Positions 47,411 to 61,140 of a stretch of DNA of 64,000 nt are shown piece by piece. Each line of letters begins with the position of its first letter. Within the stretch, counting starts at the first letter, position 1. The translations under genes were made by a program, and so were the position numbers. The DNA comes from the human T2T-CHM13v2.0 reference genome, Homo sapiens. The notes under the pieces are model-generated. The model saw nothing but the letters and a program-made list of their open reading frames with translations, was not told the origin of the DNA and searched no databases. The stretch lies in NCBI RefSeq assembly GCF_009914755.1, contig NC_060944.1; one strand, 5' to 3'.

Positions 47411-47779
47411 CCTCCTCCCCTCTCTCCAGGCCAAGTCTTCCTTGTACTTTAAGATTTTAGGCAATTTGACTCTCATACCTTCTAATATCCTCTTCACTTC
47501 AATGCCACCCCAGATAGATCTGTGATATGCAAATCCGTGTTGTGATGCACTTATCACAGTGTACTGACATGACTTTCTGATCTGTCTTCTCCATTAGACT
47601 GTCAGCCATTTGAGGGACTGAGGCAGTAAAAGAGTAGGTATTTATATGGCCAGAATTACATTAAAATTACGTTTGTTATAATGAAGTAGAATATTTCTGT
47701 GCTTTGCCCTTTCCACTCACTATCAGATGGCTTCACAGCATTCCTCTGGAATGTTCTAAAAATAGTCTGACACCAAATA

Positions 47780-48150
47780 TTAGTTTGAACTCTTGATTAT
47801 AAGCAATAGAAACCCAACTCAAAATAGCCTAAATAAAAGGGAGAGTGTAGAATATCTTGGTGTATATTTCAGCATGACTGAGGCATGATGGAGGCAGGCA
47901 TACAGCTAGGCTTTGGAAATACGGCTCACATGCTTTTGGGACTCTGGCTATTTTTTATTTTGGCTTCTTCATCTATTTGGGTCTCCTCTTTCTCTGTAGA
48001 ACAGCTTTCTAAATTCAGAAAATATGGTTGCTGACAGCTCTTAGTTTTACATAATAAAGCTTTGCCACTACAGAAAAACTAGAAACTGATTTGAGTTTCC
48101 TATCTCCAAAGTTCATGGGTCCTAGGAAATGTACCAGTTTGGGCCCTGCC
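47780..48150. mobile_element. Old MLT1-like LTR fragment
   Basis: aagcaatagaaacccaactcaaaatagcctaaataaaaggg resembles the start of the 44045 element. Confidence 0.45.
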
Positions 48151-48670
48151 CAATTATCAGATGCTCTCATTGTAATCAGATGGAGAGGGTGAGTAGTTCC
48201 TGCAGCCAGGCAAAATAGTACATGCTGTACACACGGCATATTAGTATTATGGGAGAATTACATTTAGAGGGCTCTGTTTGCCAGGACATATAGTTAAGTC
48301 CAGGCCATACATATTTATGGGAGAAGACAAGTGCTCCAAACAGTTAAATAAACTTTTATTTTGGCATTTGAAATGCATAATATCATTATTCTTATGGGAC
48401 ATTTACCATCTTTATTATGTTCTCTATTGGCTAGCATTAAGATGCATTCTTTGCATTCTTAAGCATAAACTAACAGGAGCATCAAGAAGGAAAAGTAGCC
48501 TGGATAATGAAAAAAGTTGACTTGGGAGCAAAACTATGCTGTGGTTAATTGATAAAGCAGAGGAGTTTCTGACTAACCGAAAATATTTTTAGTCTTCCAA
48601 AAGGTATTACTAACATCTTGCAAGTGAATTTTTAAATATAACTTTCAACTGAAATTTTCTTACCAGCTTA

Positions 48671-49051
<381 letters not shown>

Positions 49052-49247
49052 TTAAAGCTAAACAACCTTTTAAAAACATCATGTTTACAGTGTTAAAATT
49101 TGTGTGCATGTGTATAGCTTATGTACGCTAAAGGCCGATCTTAGATGTAAATCAAATGGGTATGATTTTAGAAATGACACATTACATTACAAAAAAAAGG
49201 TAGGTATGTAAAATGAGCTTAATTATTTTCCCTTTTGTACTTCACAG

Positions 49248-50488
49248 GGTGGGGAATGGTGGAGAATGCTGAGTGGTGATTTGGGGCCATAAGTCCAACA
49301 TTCTGCCTACTTTATAACAACTTTATTGCAGGCTGGAGGGCTGTGTGTTTGTGTGTGCGTGAGAGAGAGAGGGGAGAAGCGAGAAAGAGAGAGAGAAGGT
49401 AAGAGGGAGAGAGAGAGAGGGAGAGGAAAAGAGAGAGAAGAGAGAGCCCTTGGTTTAGTTATTAGGGAAGAGCAAGGAGATGCTGGTAATTTGATATCTA
49501 ATAGTTTACTGACTTTTCTCTTTGTATACACATTTTATAGGAGTAAACAATGGAGAATGATGTGAGATGGATTACATGACCAAACATTGCTTCTAATTTG
49601 AATCTATGAGCCTTTGAAGCCAGATATAAGTTGATGTATCAATTATATTAGTCCAGAGCCAATGTATAATTTCTGTATCAATCACTGTGTTTCTTATTAT
49701 TCGGTTAGAAACTTGATTTTACCGCTTTCAGAATCTAAAACTCTGGTTATTCATCAAATGGACACAAAATATTAAAAGAAATAGACCTTTTCCATAGTCT
49801 ATGTTAATAAACCCAGGTCATCAATCTTTGTTCGCATATATTATGTAGTCCCCTGGTGGACAGTGTGTTATTTCTGTTTCTGGTTTGGTAACAGACAATA
49901 ATCAATCTCTCTCCCTTGCCCCCACCTTTTTCCTTTCCAGTCTCTGATCCTTTTCCTCCTTTTCTTTCCTCTCTCTTTCTCTTCCTCTCTCCTTAAAACA
50001 TGCTTATCTGTAAGTATTCATGAAGACAAAGTACCCTTTGTATTACCTTTGTAAATAATCTAAATGAGCATTTTCTGCAGTGATGGGGATTGCTGACCTC
50101 AAATATAATTGCTTTTATTTCGACATCTTAAAGCTAAAAGATTTCTTTTTTATCATCATAATGCAATTTAAATTTCTCTCTTACCTTCTCGCCTTTTCTC
50201 TTTTTTCTATATGTCTTTCTTTTTCCCTTTCTTGTCCTCCCTCCCTTCCTTCCTTTCTTCCTTCCTTTCCCCCTCACTACTCTTTCTTTAAAAAGCATGA
50301 CATTTGACCTTTGGTTGGTACTAAAGCTTATCTTCAGGGAGAATGTGACTTTGAAAATTAGTTATCATACATAGAATACATACAGCTTTTTGCCTACATA
50401 AAATGATGGTTCTCTTCAGGAACTCTTGATTCCAGTCTGCTAATATTGCAAATCTAACTAAAATGGACATTGTCTTTGTTGTACGTCG
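49248..50488 (+). promoter_or_regulatory. Candidate internal promoter / short-exon cluster
   Basis: Several consensus splice signals (donors after 49398, 49561, 50009, 50488; acceptors ending 49247, 49540, 50419), TACTGAC branch point, Kozak-context ATGs, GA and CT repeats. Confidence 0.35.
49342..49447. repeat. (TG)n/(GA)n compound microsatellite
   Basis: Seen directly. Confidence 0.9.
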
Positions 50489-50959
50489 GTGAGTGACAAG
50501 GGTTCTGCACTTAGAGCTTTTGCTAGAAAACCTGGAGGGCAGCCAGCCAAGAGCTCTGTAATAGACTTGAAGAAGTTGGAATCTGTAAAAAATGTTTCAG
50601 GAAGAAAATCTTTCAGATTAGACAGCTGCATAGTTAACAATCAGTAGCTCCAGAGAACTAATAATTAGTTCTAGTCAATTAAACCAACTTTTAGCCTTAT
50701 GACAGAGAAGATAGCTTGCATAGCTAAAATGCACAGTATACTCTTAATTTATGCTACCCAATTCCTTACCAAAATATTTTTGATTTTTGTTTGTTTTGTT
50801 TCATTGTTAACATTTTGTTGTAGTTCCTGTTGTGGGTTGTTTGGTAGGTTACTATGTACCATGTTATAGTATTTTTCTTTTTCATGTAGTATTCTATTAT
50901 AAGCCATTTCCATGTTCTTAATTTTAAATGACTGCATATAATTTTACAGTAATAATTAT

Positions 50960-51131
50960 GTACCAGGATAATTATTTTACATATATTAATTATTTTAGTC
51001 TTTATAACAGTTTTTTGAGGCAGGTACTATTATTATCCTCATTTAAAAATGAAAAACAAAAATGAGATACAGGGAAGGTAAGTGGACTGTTGAAGATTCC
51101 AGTGCCAATACATGGTAGAGGACTGAATTTG
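50960..51131 (-). mobile_element. MIR
   Basis: tgaggcaggtactattattatcctcattt...gagatacagggaaggtaagtg. Confidence 0.75.
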
Positions 51132-51244
51132 TGATGGTTTACTTACTTCCTTCTTATCCACCTATTCTTAGATATTATGTAGTTTCTTATGGTATTTATT
51201 GTAAATATCATAAGAACCAATGTCATGATTAGTAAAGTGTTTCC

Positions 51245-51779
51245 CAATAGCAAAGACATTCTTGCAAGGCAGAAATTGAGAATTGAATTATTGTGTTTTT
51301 ATCAATAAATTATAGTTAGACTCATAAACCTGCATATTTTGGAATCAACCTAAATGCCCATTAACGATAGACTGGATAAAGAAAAATCTGGTACATATAT
51401 ACCATGGAATACTATGCAGCCATAATAAACAACATGATCATGTCCTTTGCAGGGACATTGATGGAGCTGGAGGCCATTATCCTTAGCAAACTAACACAGG
51501 AACAGAAAACCAAATATAGCATGTTCTCATAAGTGGGAGCTAAATTATGAGAACACATGGACCCATAGAGGGGAACAACACACACTGGGGCCTATCAGAG
51601 GGAGGAGGTTGGGATGTTGGGATGAGGGAGAGGATCAGGAATAATAACCAATGAGTACTACGCTTAATACCTGGGTGATGAAATAATCTGTACAACAAAC
51701 CCCCATGACACAAGTTTACCTATGTAACAAACCTGGACATGTACCCCTGAACTTAAACAAAAAACAAAAAACAAAAAAA
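51245..51779 (+). mobile_element. L1PA (L1PA13-like) 3' fragment carrying a 76-bp foreign insert
   Basis: caatagcaaagaca...ggaatcaacctaaatgccca through cccctgaacttaaa and A-rich tail. Confidence 0.92.
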
Positions 51780-52785
51780 GATTTCCTCCTCTTTAAGAGT
51801 ATTTCCTTAGGATAGGTTCCTAGAAATAAAATTACTGAATCAAAGTTTTAAAAAAATTTAAGGCTGTTGATACACAGTCCCTTAATAGCTTTCTTAATTG
51901 TTGGTTACATTTCTGCAATAATTTATGTGTGCACAGTTTGGTAAATCATTGTCATCTCTTGATTTTATGTTTTTAAATCTTTGCTAATGTGACAGCTAAA
52001 CATGGATTTCTTTTACCTTTGTTGTAATTTGCTTCTTTGTATTTGAACTTCCTCTTGTGTGAATTATTCATGACTTTTTGCCTGTTTTTCTCTTAAAGTT
52101 CTAGTCTTGCTTTTGTATCTTTGTATAAGTCCTTTAACCAAGATACTAATCTTTATTATATTTGCTGGTAATGTTTTTTTTTTTTTTAGCGATTTGTCTT
52201 TTTTTGGACTATTCCTTTTTACCTATGAAGGATGTTTTTGTTTATGTTTTTTAAACACAATTTTACTTCTTTTGTGATTGCTGCTATTTACAAAGGCCTT
52301 TCATTTATGAGATTAATGCTAAATTATCTTTTTCTCTACTTGCACTACAGATGTTTTCCTTTTGTGTTAAATTTTTAACGAATCTGGAATTTATTTTTTA
52401 TGGCATCAGTTATGTATCAGAATTACAAGTTAGTAGAAAAATATTTCAAGTTACATTCTTCTCTTTCAATGAATTGATTAAAACTTGGAAGAAAGGCCTT
52501 GGATAATCTATAAACTATGCAATCAGCTTCTTAAATATTCTTTTCTCTTTGAAAGGCAGAAATTGAGAATTGAATTATTGTGTTTTTATCAATAAATTAT
52601 AGTTAGGCTCATAAACCTGCATATTTTGTGCTTTAAAATTATAATATTTTGTCTTTTGCTTTCATAAAGAAATCTTACAAAGGGAAACTAGAATCTAGCC
52701 TTCCTTGTTCTTTGAGGTTCTATGTGCCTCACTGATGATAGTTTATTATCTCTGGACTTCTGCCTGTTATTTAAAACTGAGAACA

Positions 52786-53078
<293 letters not shown>

Positions 53079-54024
53079 TCAATATGTATTAGGAACAAAT
53101 ATTAAAATCTAAAAGTGGGATGGATATATATATATGCATGTCACATATAACAATATATAATATATATTGCTAATAATATGTAATTTAATATTTCAAGAAA
53201 AGCCTGACCATATAAAAGTGTTAAAATATTGGACTATAATACTGAGACTCCTAAATAATATGTAACTACTATTTCCAAGATGATATAAATAGGAGTCTTT
53301 TATCTTCTGGAATAATTCTTCTTTTCGTCATTTTACTACTAATTATTTGATAACCCTTATTTGTGTTTTAGCTGCATATTAAAATGAGTGGCAAATTAAT
53401 ATAGATATAATGATTTGGCAGTGTTGAATAAGGCTTTTTCTTTTCTTCACCCAAAGTGATTGTATTTAAAATGCATGTTAATCAAAATTCAGTGACTCAT
53501 CTTTGAGGTTTGTTTATTACCTAGATTCATTGGTGTCAAAACTGTTTGCTTAAGATTTGATCCACACCCAATTTGTACAGTGTCTTTTGAAATACAGGAA
53601 TTTGGAAATTTTATTAGATTAGAAGAAACACTTCTGTTTTATAGCCTACTTTCCTTCTACTTTAGTTATTTTTACTCCATGAGAATTTTTCATTAAAAAA
53701 TAATTGCAGTCCTTGACACATCAAAGACAACATAATTACTGAATGAATCTCCATAATTATGTCTCTTTTGTAACTTACTTTTGCTTATTTATTTTTATTG
53801 TTCAAAAGAGCACACTACTTAGAAGGGAGGCAGAACCTCTAAATCAGAAGTAAACAAGAATAAAAGACGAAAAGAAGTGCTATAATAATGTAGGTATTCT
53901 ACAGACTACCTAGTTGCAGAAAGCAATGGATTCTTAGTTCTTGAGGAGCTAATGGAAGAGATCTAAAGGAGGTAGAAATTCTCAAACATCTGGGCATTTG
54001 TTAGAACTTCCTTTAAACAAGGGT

Positions 54025-54287
<263 letters not shown>

Positions 54288-54309
54288 GGCACTAACTCTA
54301 TTAAATTAT

Positions 54310-56080
54310 TTATTTTTTCTTTTTGTTGTGTGTGTGACTGTGTTATTTCAAAGATTGTCTTCAAGTTCAGAAATTTCTTCTGCTTGATCTTGTCTACTGT
54401 TGAAGCTCAATTGTATTTTTTAATTTCATTCATTGAATTCCTCAGTTTTAGGATTTCTAATGGGTTCTTTTAAACATCTATCTCTTTATTGAATTTCTTA
54501 TTCAGATTGTGAATTGTTTTCCTGATGTCTTTGCATTATTTATCTGTGTTCTCTTGTATCTGAGTTCCTTTAACATCATTATTTTGAATTCCTTTTCAGG
54601 AATTTCATAGATTTTTTTTTCTTTGGGTTCTGTTGCTGGAGAATTATTGTGTTTCTTTGGAGGTATCATGTTTTCTTGCTTTTTTGTGTTTCTTGTGTCC
54701 TTCTGTTGATACCTGTGCATCTGATGTAACATTTATTTCTTCCAATTTCATGGATTGGCCTTCACTGAGAAAGATTTTTTTCTATAATCATATCCATAGT
54801 GTTTGTTGGGTAGGGTGCTTTGGTTTTGATTCTGGGTAAGCACAGTAGTGTAGTCTTCATATGATTTCTTTAGCTGTAATCAGTGTCAATGGTGTGAGTT
54901 CCTTAGAGGCTTAGGCTGTGGTTGTTAGTGGAGGCTGTGGTGAGGCTTTACTGGGGACAGGAATGCCAGGTGGGCTGGTCCTTAGGCACCCATGGTGGCA
55001 GTCTGGGCATGCCAGTCCTCAAGCCCTTGGGCACCCATGTAGGTGGCAGTGGTGGCAGGTCCAGGTGGGCCAGTCCTTGGGCCTCCAGGTGATGTGCTTG
55101 GGTGCTGGTGGTGGCAGGGTGGGCTAGGCGGGCAGGTCCTTTTGCCCAGTGGTGGCAGGGTGGGTTAGGCGGGCAGGTCCTTTTGCCCCTGGGCAGTGTG
55201 TGTGGCATCAGTGGTGGTGGTAGCTATGGCAGCTTAACCCTTGGGCCCCTGAGTGGTACATGTAGGTGCCAGCAATGGAGGGACTGTCCTAAGGCCCAGG
55301 GATGGTGTACAGTTGGACTAGTCCCCAGGCTTCCTGAAGGTGCATGGCAGACCTGCCACTGGAGGGGGTGGGGTTGCTGTCAATAGCAGTGGCCCTGGTG
55401 GACAAGTAGCTCTCAGGCTCTGGAGAATGCATGCTTCAACTTCCTTTGTCCCAGGGGCAGGCTCCCTGGTGTCCTGCACCAGCTGTTCTCTTGAGTATCG
55501 GATACTGTGTGGGCTAGAGTTCTAGGGACCCACATCACTGTGTCTAGCTGGTGTTGAAGCCTGCAGATTTGGGGTAAATGTGAGGGGATGTCAGCAGTGC
55601 TCCAGAGATGTGGAGATGCAGGAGCTGTTGGGTCCTAGAGCAGGACGTAGTCTGGTGGGGGCTGAGCTCTTAAAATGGTGCTGTACCATAGCTGCTTCTG
55701 TCTGGGTATGTGTGTGACCCAGTGTGAACTCCTCTCTGAAACAATGCCATCATGTGGACTCCAGGAAGCTCCTTATACTAGTCTCAGGGCCCATGAGGGC
55801 CAATAAGGGTCTGCAATGGGAATGTGGACTGCTTGGGAATCTCTCACATACCCTTTCCTCATAGTGGAAAGCTCCTTCTGGCTCTGAACTGATCCCGGCC
55901 AGGCCAGCTGTTTCACATCCCTTTCCTACCATGTCTCAGAGGTTTCTTGTCACTTCTGTGCTGAATTCCAGTGTTCTGTCTTAGAAGCTTTATTCAAAAT
56001 GGGGTTATCTACTCACTGTTTTGGTCCTTCTTTGTGTAGGAGGCAAGTGCCTGGAACTTCTAGTCAGCCTCTTGAACCCT
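54310..56080 (-). mobile_element. Old L1 (L1MA/L1M-type) 5' fragment: 5'UTR plus ORF1 N-terminus
   Basis: ORF 54502-54732 (IYEIPEKEFKIMMLKEL) is ORF1p-like; collinear with 14870-16793 and ends ctagtcagcctcttgaac. Confidence 0.85.
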
Positions 56081-56482
56081 TACCTCAATTATTATTATCA
56101 TTTTTTAAAGAACTGTAGAGTCTCATAAGGCGTAGAAGTGACACAGGACCTAGTACTCTACATAACTATGGATTAGAGAGAGGAATTTCTTCAAGAAGTA
56201 GAAATGATAGAGAAGGCTGTAGAGAGAGGAAATGCTGTAACTAGCTACATATATATTCTGGACTTAAAAAACTGTTTCAGATTTCAAAAATCTCAGGGAA
56301 AAGATAGATTTGATCAAATATCTGGAACAGGAACCCTGATTGGAACAGGAATCTGTATTGTGGCATTATTTATTTCTCTGGTGCCCATAGAAGACATTAT
56401 TTAAGTGACCTCAATAATCTCTCATTTTTCCTGAAAACATCTCTGGAATCCTTCTTAAGATAATACTCTAGGTAGTTACTAC

Positions 56483-56949
56483 TGATGCAGGATGTTTTGC
56501 TCCTCAGCTCAGCTAGGTTTGGTTTCTTGTCTCATGACCAGGAAGAAATAGGCAAGTGGACATTGAAGAATGAGTGGAGTAGAATGTATTAAGCACAAAG
56601 GAAACCCCTCAGCCGAAAGAGGAGTTCTGAAAGCAGGTTGCCGGTTGCCCCCCTTCACAGTTGAGTACCAATACTTTGTTATAAAAGCTGATGGGGCTGG
56701 GTTCCCTATTTGTATAAGGTGCAAATTCCTGGTGGCTCCACCCCACCCTTCCGGTGCGCATGCGGGCCCTTAGTCTGACCCACTTCACATTGATTTATTT
56801 CCCTTACTGTGCTTGTGTTAAGGGACAGAATTTTTTACTGCAGGCATATTTAGGCAAGCCTCCTGTGCTAATGAACTTGGTGGGTTGGAGGTTCTCCTGG
56901 GACCCTGCCCTATCTGCCTAGGAGAGTTCTCTGCCTCCTGTCTCTGTCA
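56483..56949 (-). mobile_element. ERV1 solo LTR (MER83/MER61-like)
   Basis: TG...CA termini, 4-bp TSD ctac; minus strand starts tgacagagacaggaggcagag. Confidence 0.85.
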
Positions 56950-57267
56950 CTACCATTTGATTGTTTTTGCAGGAAGTGGAGCCTGACACCCTAGTGTAGG
57001 AGAAAAATAGCTCAAAATGATACAGCTTTGAATGGCTTGCCTCTCTGCTATAGATCTATTCATCAACACTCTTGGATCCAATAGTTAAATAGATACAAAG
57101 CCTTCTAATTCTTTTATTATTGAGCCCATATTTTTATTTTATCCATGAGGAAAGCTTGAGAAATATTGTATAATGTTCAGTTAAAATCTAGATGACAGTG
57201 CTTATAGGAGTAACTAGGTCTGTTAGTTTAGTAAACCACCCAAAAAGGTAATCTGTGTAATGTGTAG

Positions 57268-57469
57268 CATTGGTTCTCCATCAGGGGCAATTTTGTCCCC
57301 CTAGGGGATTTAGCAATGTCGGGGGGTGGGAGTGGGGTTGTATGCTATTGACATTCAGTGGACAGAGCATAGGGATATTGCAAAGTATCTTACAATACAT
57401 AGGATGGCCCCTCACAACAAAGAATTATCCAGTCTAAAATGTCAGTCATACCGCAGTTTAGAAATTCTG
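57268..57469 (+). mobile_element. MER20 (hAT-Charlie)
   Basis: ggggcaattttgtcccc...cccctcacaacaaagaattatccag. Confidence 0.85.
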
Positions 57470-57477
57470 ATCTAGAT

Positions 57478-57633
57478 CACTGGTTCTTGACTGGGAACTT
57501 GTTAGAAATGCAAACTATTGCATTCCGCTGTGGAACTGATGGGGCAGAAACTCTAGAGGAGAGTCTCAGCATTTTATCTTTTAACCAACCCATCAGGTGA
57601 TTCTGATGTACCTTAAAGTTTGAAGACCAGTTG
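57478..57633 (+). mobile_element. MER5A (hAT-Charlie)
   Basis: ctgggaacttgttagaaatgcaaa...caggtgattctgatgtaccttaaagtttgaa. Confidence 0.85.
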
Positions 57634-58335
57634 TGGGACCATTTTGGCATATAAAAACGTTCAGGAAATATTTATTGAGCATCAAGCTTGGACCACGTGC
57701 TTCTCTAAGTGCTCAAAAAACAGTCTTTTCATAGTTTGCTTTTGCCATCTTACCTATGATCTTGTTATTTCTTGTAGTTCTCAAATTCTTCTGTTGTCTA
57801 ACATGTTGTTTGATATGTTTGTTAAATTGTATTAAATCGAATTGGTAGCTGGTCTTTTTCATCCCACCATCCCATGAGGCTTTTTTTTTTTTTTAAGTCA
57901 GTTACTTGCTTGAAGATGTAGTCGTCATGGTTATCAATGTTTTAGGCCTCATAAAGATGGTAGGGATTGGATGATAGAGGCAATCTTTGATTCTTAATAG
58001 ACTAGCAATAACATGGTCATATTTCTAAGTTCCAAAATTCCCATTATATCAATTTTACCAAGCATTTCCTACTTGCTAATCAGAATTAGGAACATATTTC
58101 TTAACTGAGTACATTGCATACAAGAAGAGATTTTTAAAATTTGTCGAATTGAATCAAAGACAACTCCTAGGTAACTTGGAAGAATGATAGTGATAATAAT
58201 AGAAAAAGGAAATTTAAGAGAAAGATGGGCAATATGCTGAGTTATTTTGTACTTAGCGAATATCAGATGGTGATACACACTAAAGTAAATATATTCATCC
58301 ATCAATGGAATCAAAAGCACAGGTAGAAGGGACAC

Positions 58336-58623
<288 letters not shown>

Positions 58624-59569
58624 AGAAATGACACTTCTTGACTGACGAGGGAAGAATAAAAGGAAAGTGACATACCAATACAAATAAATTTTGTTGTAGG
58701 AAGCAGTTAGAGGAACTTTTAAATAATGGTTTCAGTTGTTTCTGGAATACTTTGGCACGTCAGTATCTGCTACATTGCCAAACTTCCTTAGCTTATATGA
58801 GAATTCTGTGAGGAATTCCTTGTGAAAACTCGACTGAGGGTAAAAAATTACAGATAACTCAGAAAGCTATTCGGTTATGAGGCAGAAAAGAACTGCTACA
58901 CCATCACAACCCCTATCAACAGTGACAGCAAAGAACATTAAATAAGAGAAAAACTTTGAAGACATATAACTTTAGGCAGTAAGTCTCATTATCCACTTAG
59001 CCTGGAAGGAGAGATAGCCGTGGGTCATACAATTCCAAGGTTTGGGTTACCCCTCTGGGCAAAAACCTTATCAGGAAGCATTTTTTGAATGCAAATGCAA
59101 GGTACATGTAGTGAGTCCTGGAGGAAGGAATTTTCAAATGCCAGCCAAGGTAGAAATACAGCCTTATTTTCTATTTGCATTTGTTTATTGCTAATAATTG
59201 TCTTCTTTTTTCCTTTTTAAAATAGGAGTTGAAGTGAAAACAATTTCTCTGTTGGAAATTGATATGTTGATAGTGTGTGGTTACTGCTGAACTAGAGGAA
59301 TTCTGAACACTTCTTGAGGATTCTGGACTTGAAGAATAGTAGGTCCATGATGTTGATCCTGGATGTAGTTGTTGAAGGTGATTTGGGGTCAGCTTCCTTT
59401 GGGGAGAGTAGTGATTATATTGTAGTTGTAGTGGAATAGATGGATTACAGGGTCTTGGGTATATTGAATCATCTCCCTTTGTGGGGAGTGATTATATTGT
59501 TCTTGTAGCTAGATAGTTGGATTGTGACATCTTTGGATATACAGGAAATAGTGGATGTTCATATATGGG

Positions 59570-59990
59570 GCAAGGCCAGGGGTTGGCATGTTGTGGGTAC
59601 CTTTCTGGGATAGTGCTCAGTGCATGGCCATTTTCTTTCTCTAGGACTTTTCCCTGAAACCCAGGGTGGAGTTCAGTTGGCCGTTAGCACCATATAGCTA
59701 CAACTCAGTTGTCACAACTGAAGAACCCAAGAGTTCAGAACAGATTAAAGCTGCACTACTCAGACTCTCATGTGGAAATCTGAAATTGATAGTAGTGTTA
59801 CAGAGAGTAGGTTCCCAAACTACACTGTAGAGTTTCCTATAGCTGATTTGGCTTCTGTTTTAACAAAAGTAGTTGTTGATCTCTTTGTGCATTTCCATCG
59901 AGACTGCCCAGTGTTCTATCAATAAAGTTCCCTGTTTGTGCTGATTAGAGTTGGTTTTCTGTTTCTTCCTACCAAGAGTCTTAACTTAAG
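59570..59990 (+). mobile_element. Old ERVL/MaLR-type LTR fragment
   Basis: LTR-like 3' end (aataaagttccctgttt...gagttggttttctgtttc...ccaagagtc); 5' boundary uncertain. Confidence 0.45.
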
Positions 59991-60725
59991 CTGGTCATAT
60001 GAGGTGGTATGAGCCTCAAAAAGGGCTGAATACTTGAATTATGACAGTAGACTGTAGATACAGAAGTGGCAGCAAGGAGCAAGATACATGTTGATCCATT
60101 CTCCTAAAAGTAGAAGAAAAAATGCCTTTTATTGGAGAGAGTGGGGAGGGATATGGCTCATTTTTTAAAAGACAGTTTTCTCGTACTATGAGAAGAAAGA
60201 AGTAGAGTGTTAAACTCAGGCTGAGGATGTTAGCTAGTGTGCTCCTAAGAGATTTATGATTTCTGGAGGAATTGAGTAAGGATTATATAGCAAATGTTCT
60301 GTAAATATTTGATGAATGTGGAAACAAATAAATTGAGGAGAATGATCCCTTCTCATGATAACCTCAGTAAAGAATGCTGTGTGCCACAATTGGCCTGGGC
60401 TTCCCAAATTATAGCTTACTTGCATAATCATTTCCATGGTAAAATTGCCAAAGCTGCCATTCTCTCTGGGTTCATGTTCTTTTCCCTGCCACTCATTTTT
60501 GGTCAATACAGTACTATTTTAGTATTGAAGTTTAGTTAGAGGAATTTGAGTAACTTTTACTTTTAGGGAGAAGAGTTTCAAGGCCTCTATCTCTTCCCTC
60601 TCAGAAGCTCCAGGAGACAGGCAATTTTTTTTCATGATTTCACCAACAAATAGCAAGCCCTCTCTCTAAGAAATGTCAATGATGCTGGAAAAAAAATAAA
60701 GTTCCATTTTCATGTGATATAACAT

Positions 60726-61140
60726 GTGATATTAATTAGGGTAATACTAGCCATGAAAAGAATAGACTTCAAAATATAAAATGGCTTAAAACCAATAATT
60801 TATTTCCTGCTCATTACAGGGAAGGTAAGCAGATTACTAGGTGGCCCTTCTTGTGGGTCATTTAGGGACTCAGATAGGGAAGCCTACCATAATCAGAATG
60901 TGGTTTCCAAGGTTACCCTAGGTACTGTAGGGCATCCGAGCCAGACATAAGAGGAATGAGCATGGGGGGTTTTGTCTAGAGTGGAACATAGCACTTCTCT
61001 TAACTTTCAGTTGACTAGAATTCAGTCTCATAGCCACTTAGTCGCAAGGGAGGCTTGGAAATGTAGTCCACTTTGTGCCCAGGAAAATGGAATATATACT
61101 GTATTTGGATGGTCAACTAACAATTTTTATCTTTGTGGCT
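60726..61140. mobile_element. MLT1J-like MaLR LTR
   Basis: aatggcttaaaaccaataatttatttc...gcaagggaggcttggaaatgtagtc. Confidence 0.75.

Noticed and set aside
49844-49862. CTCF-like motif on the - strand (TGTCCACCAGGGGAC)
   Set aside because: Mismatch at a high-information G; cannot be supported without ChIP data.
57470-57477. atctagat between MER20 and MER5A as a shared TSD
   Set aside because: Fits the hAT-Charlie target preference, but no matching copy is visible on the outer flanks.
59180-59345. Strong-looking acceptor at ~59225
   Set aside because: No convincing donor downstream.
59396-59547. Degenerate ~80-bp tandem repeat
   Set aside because: Only two diverged units and probably internal to an old repeat; not an array.
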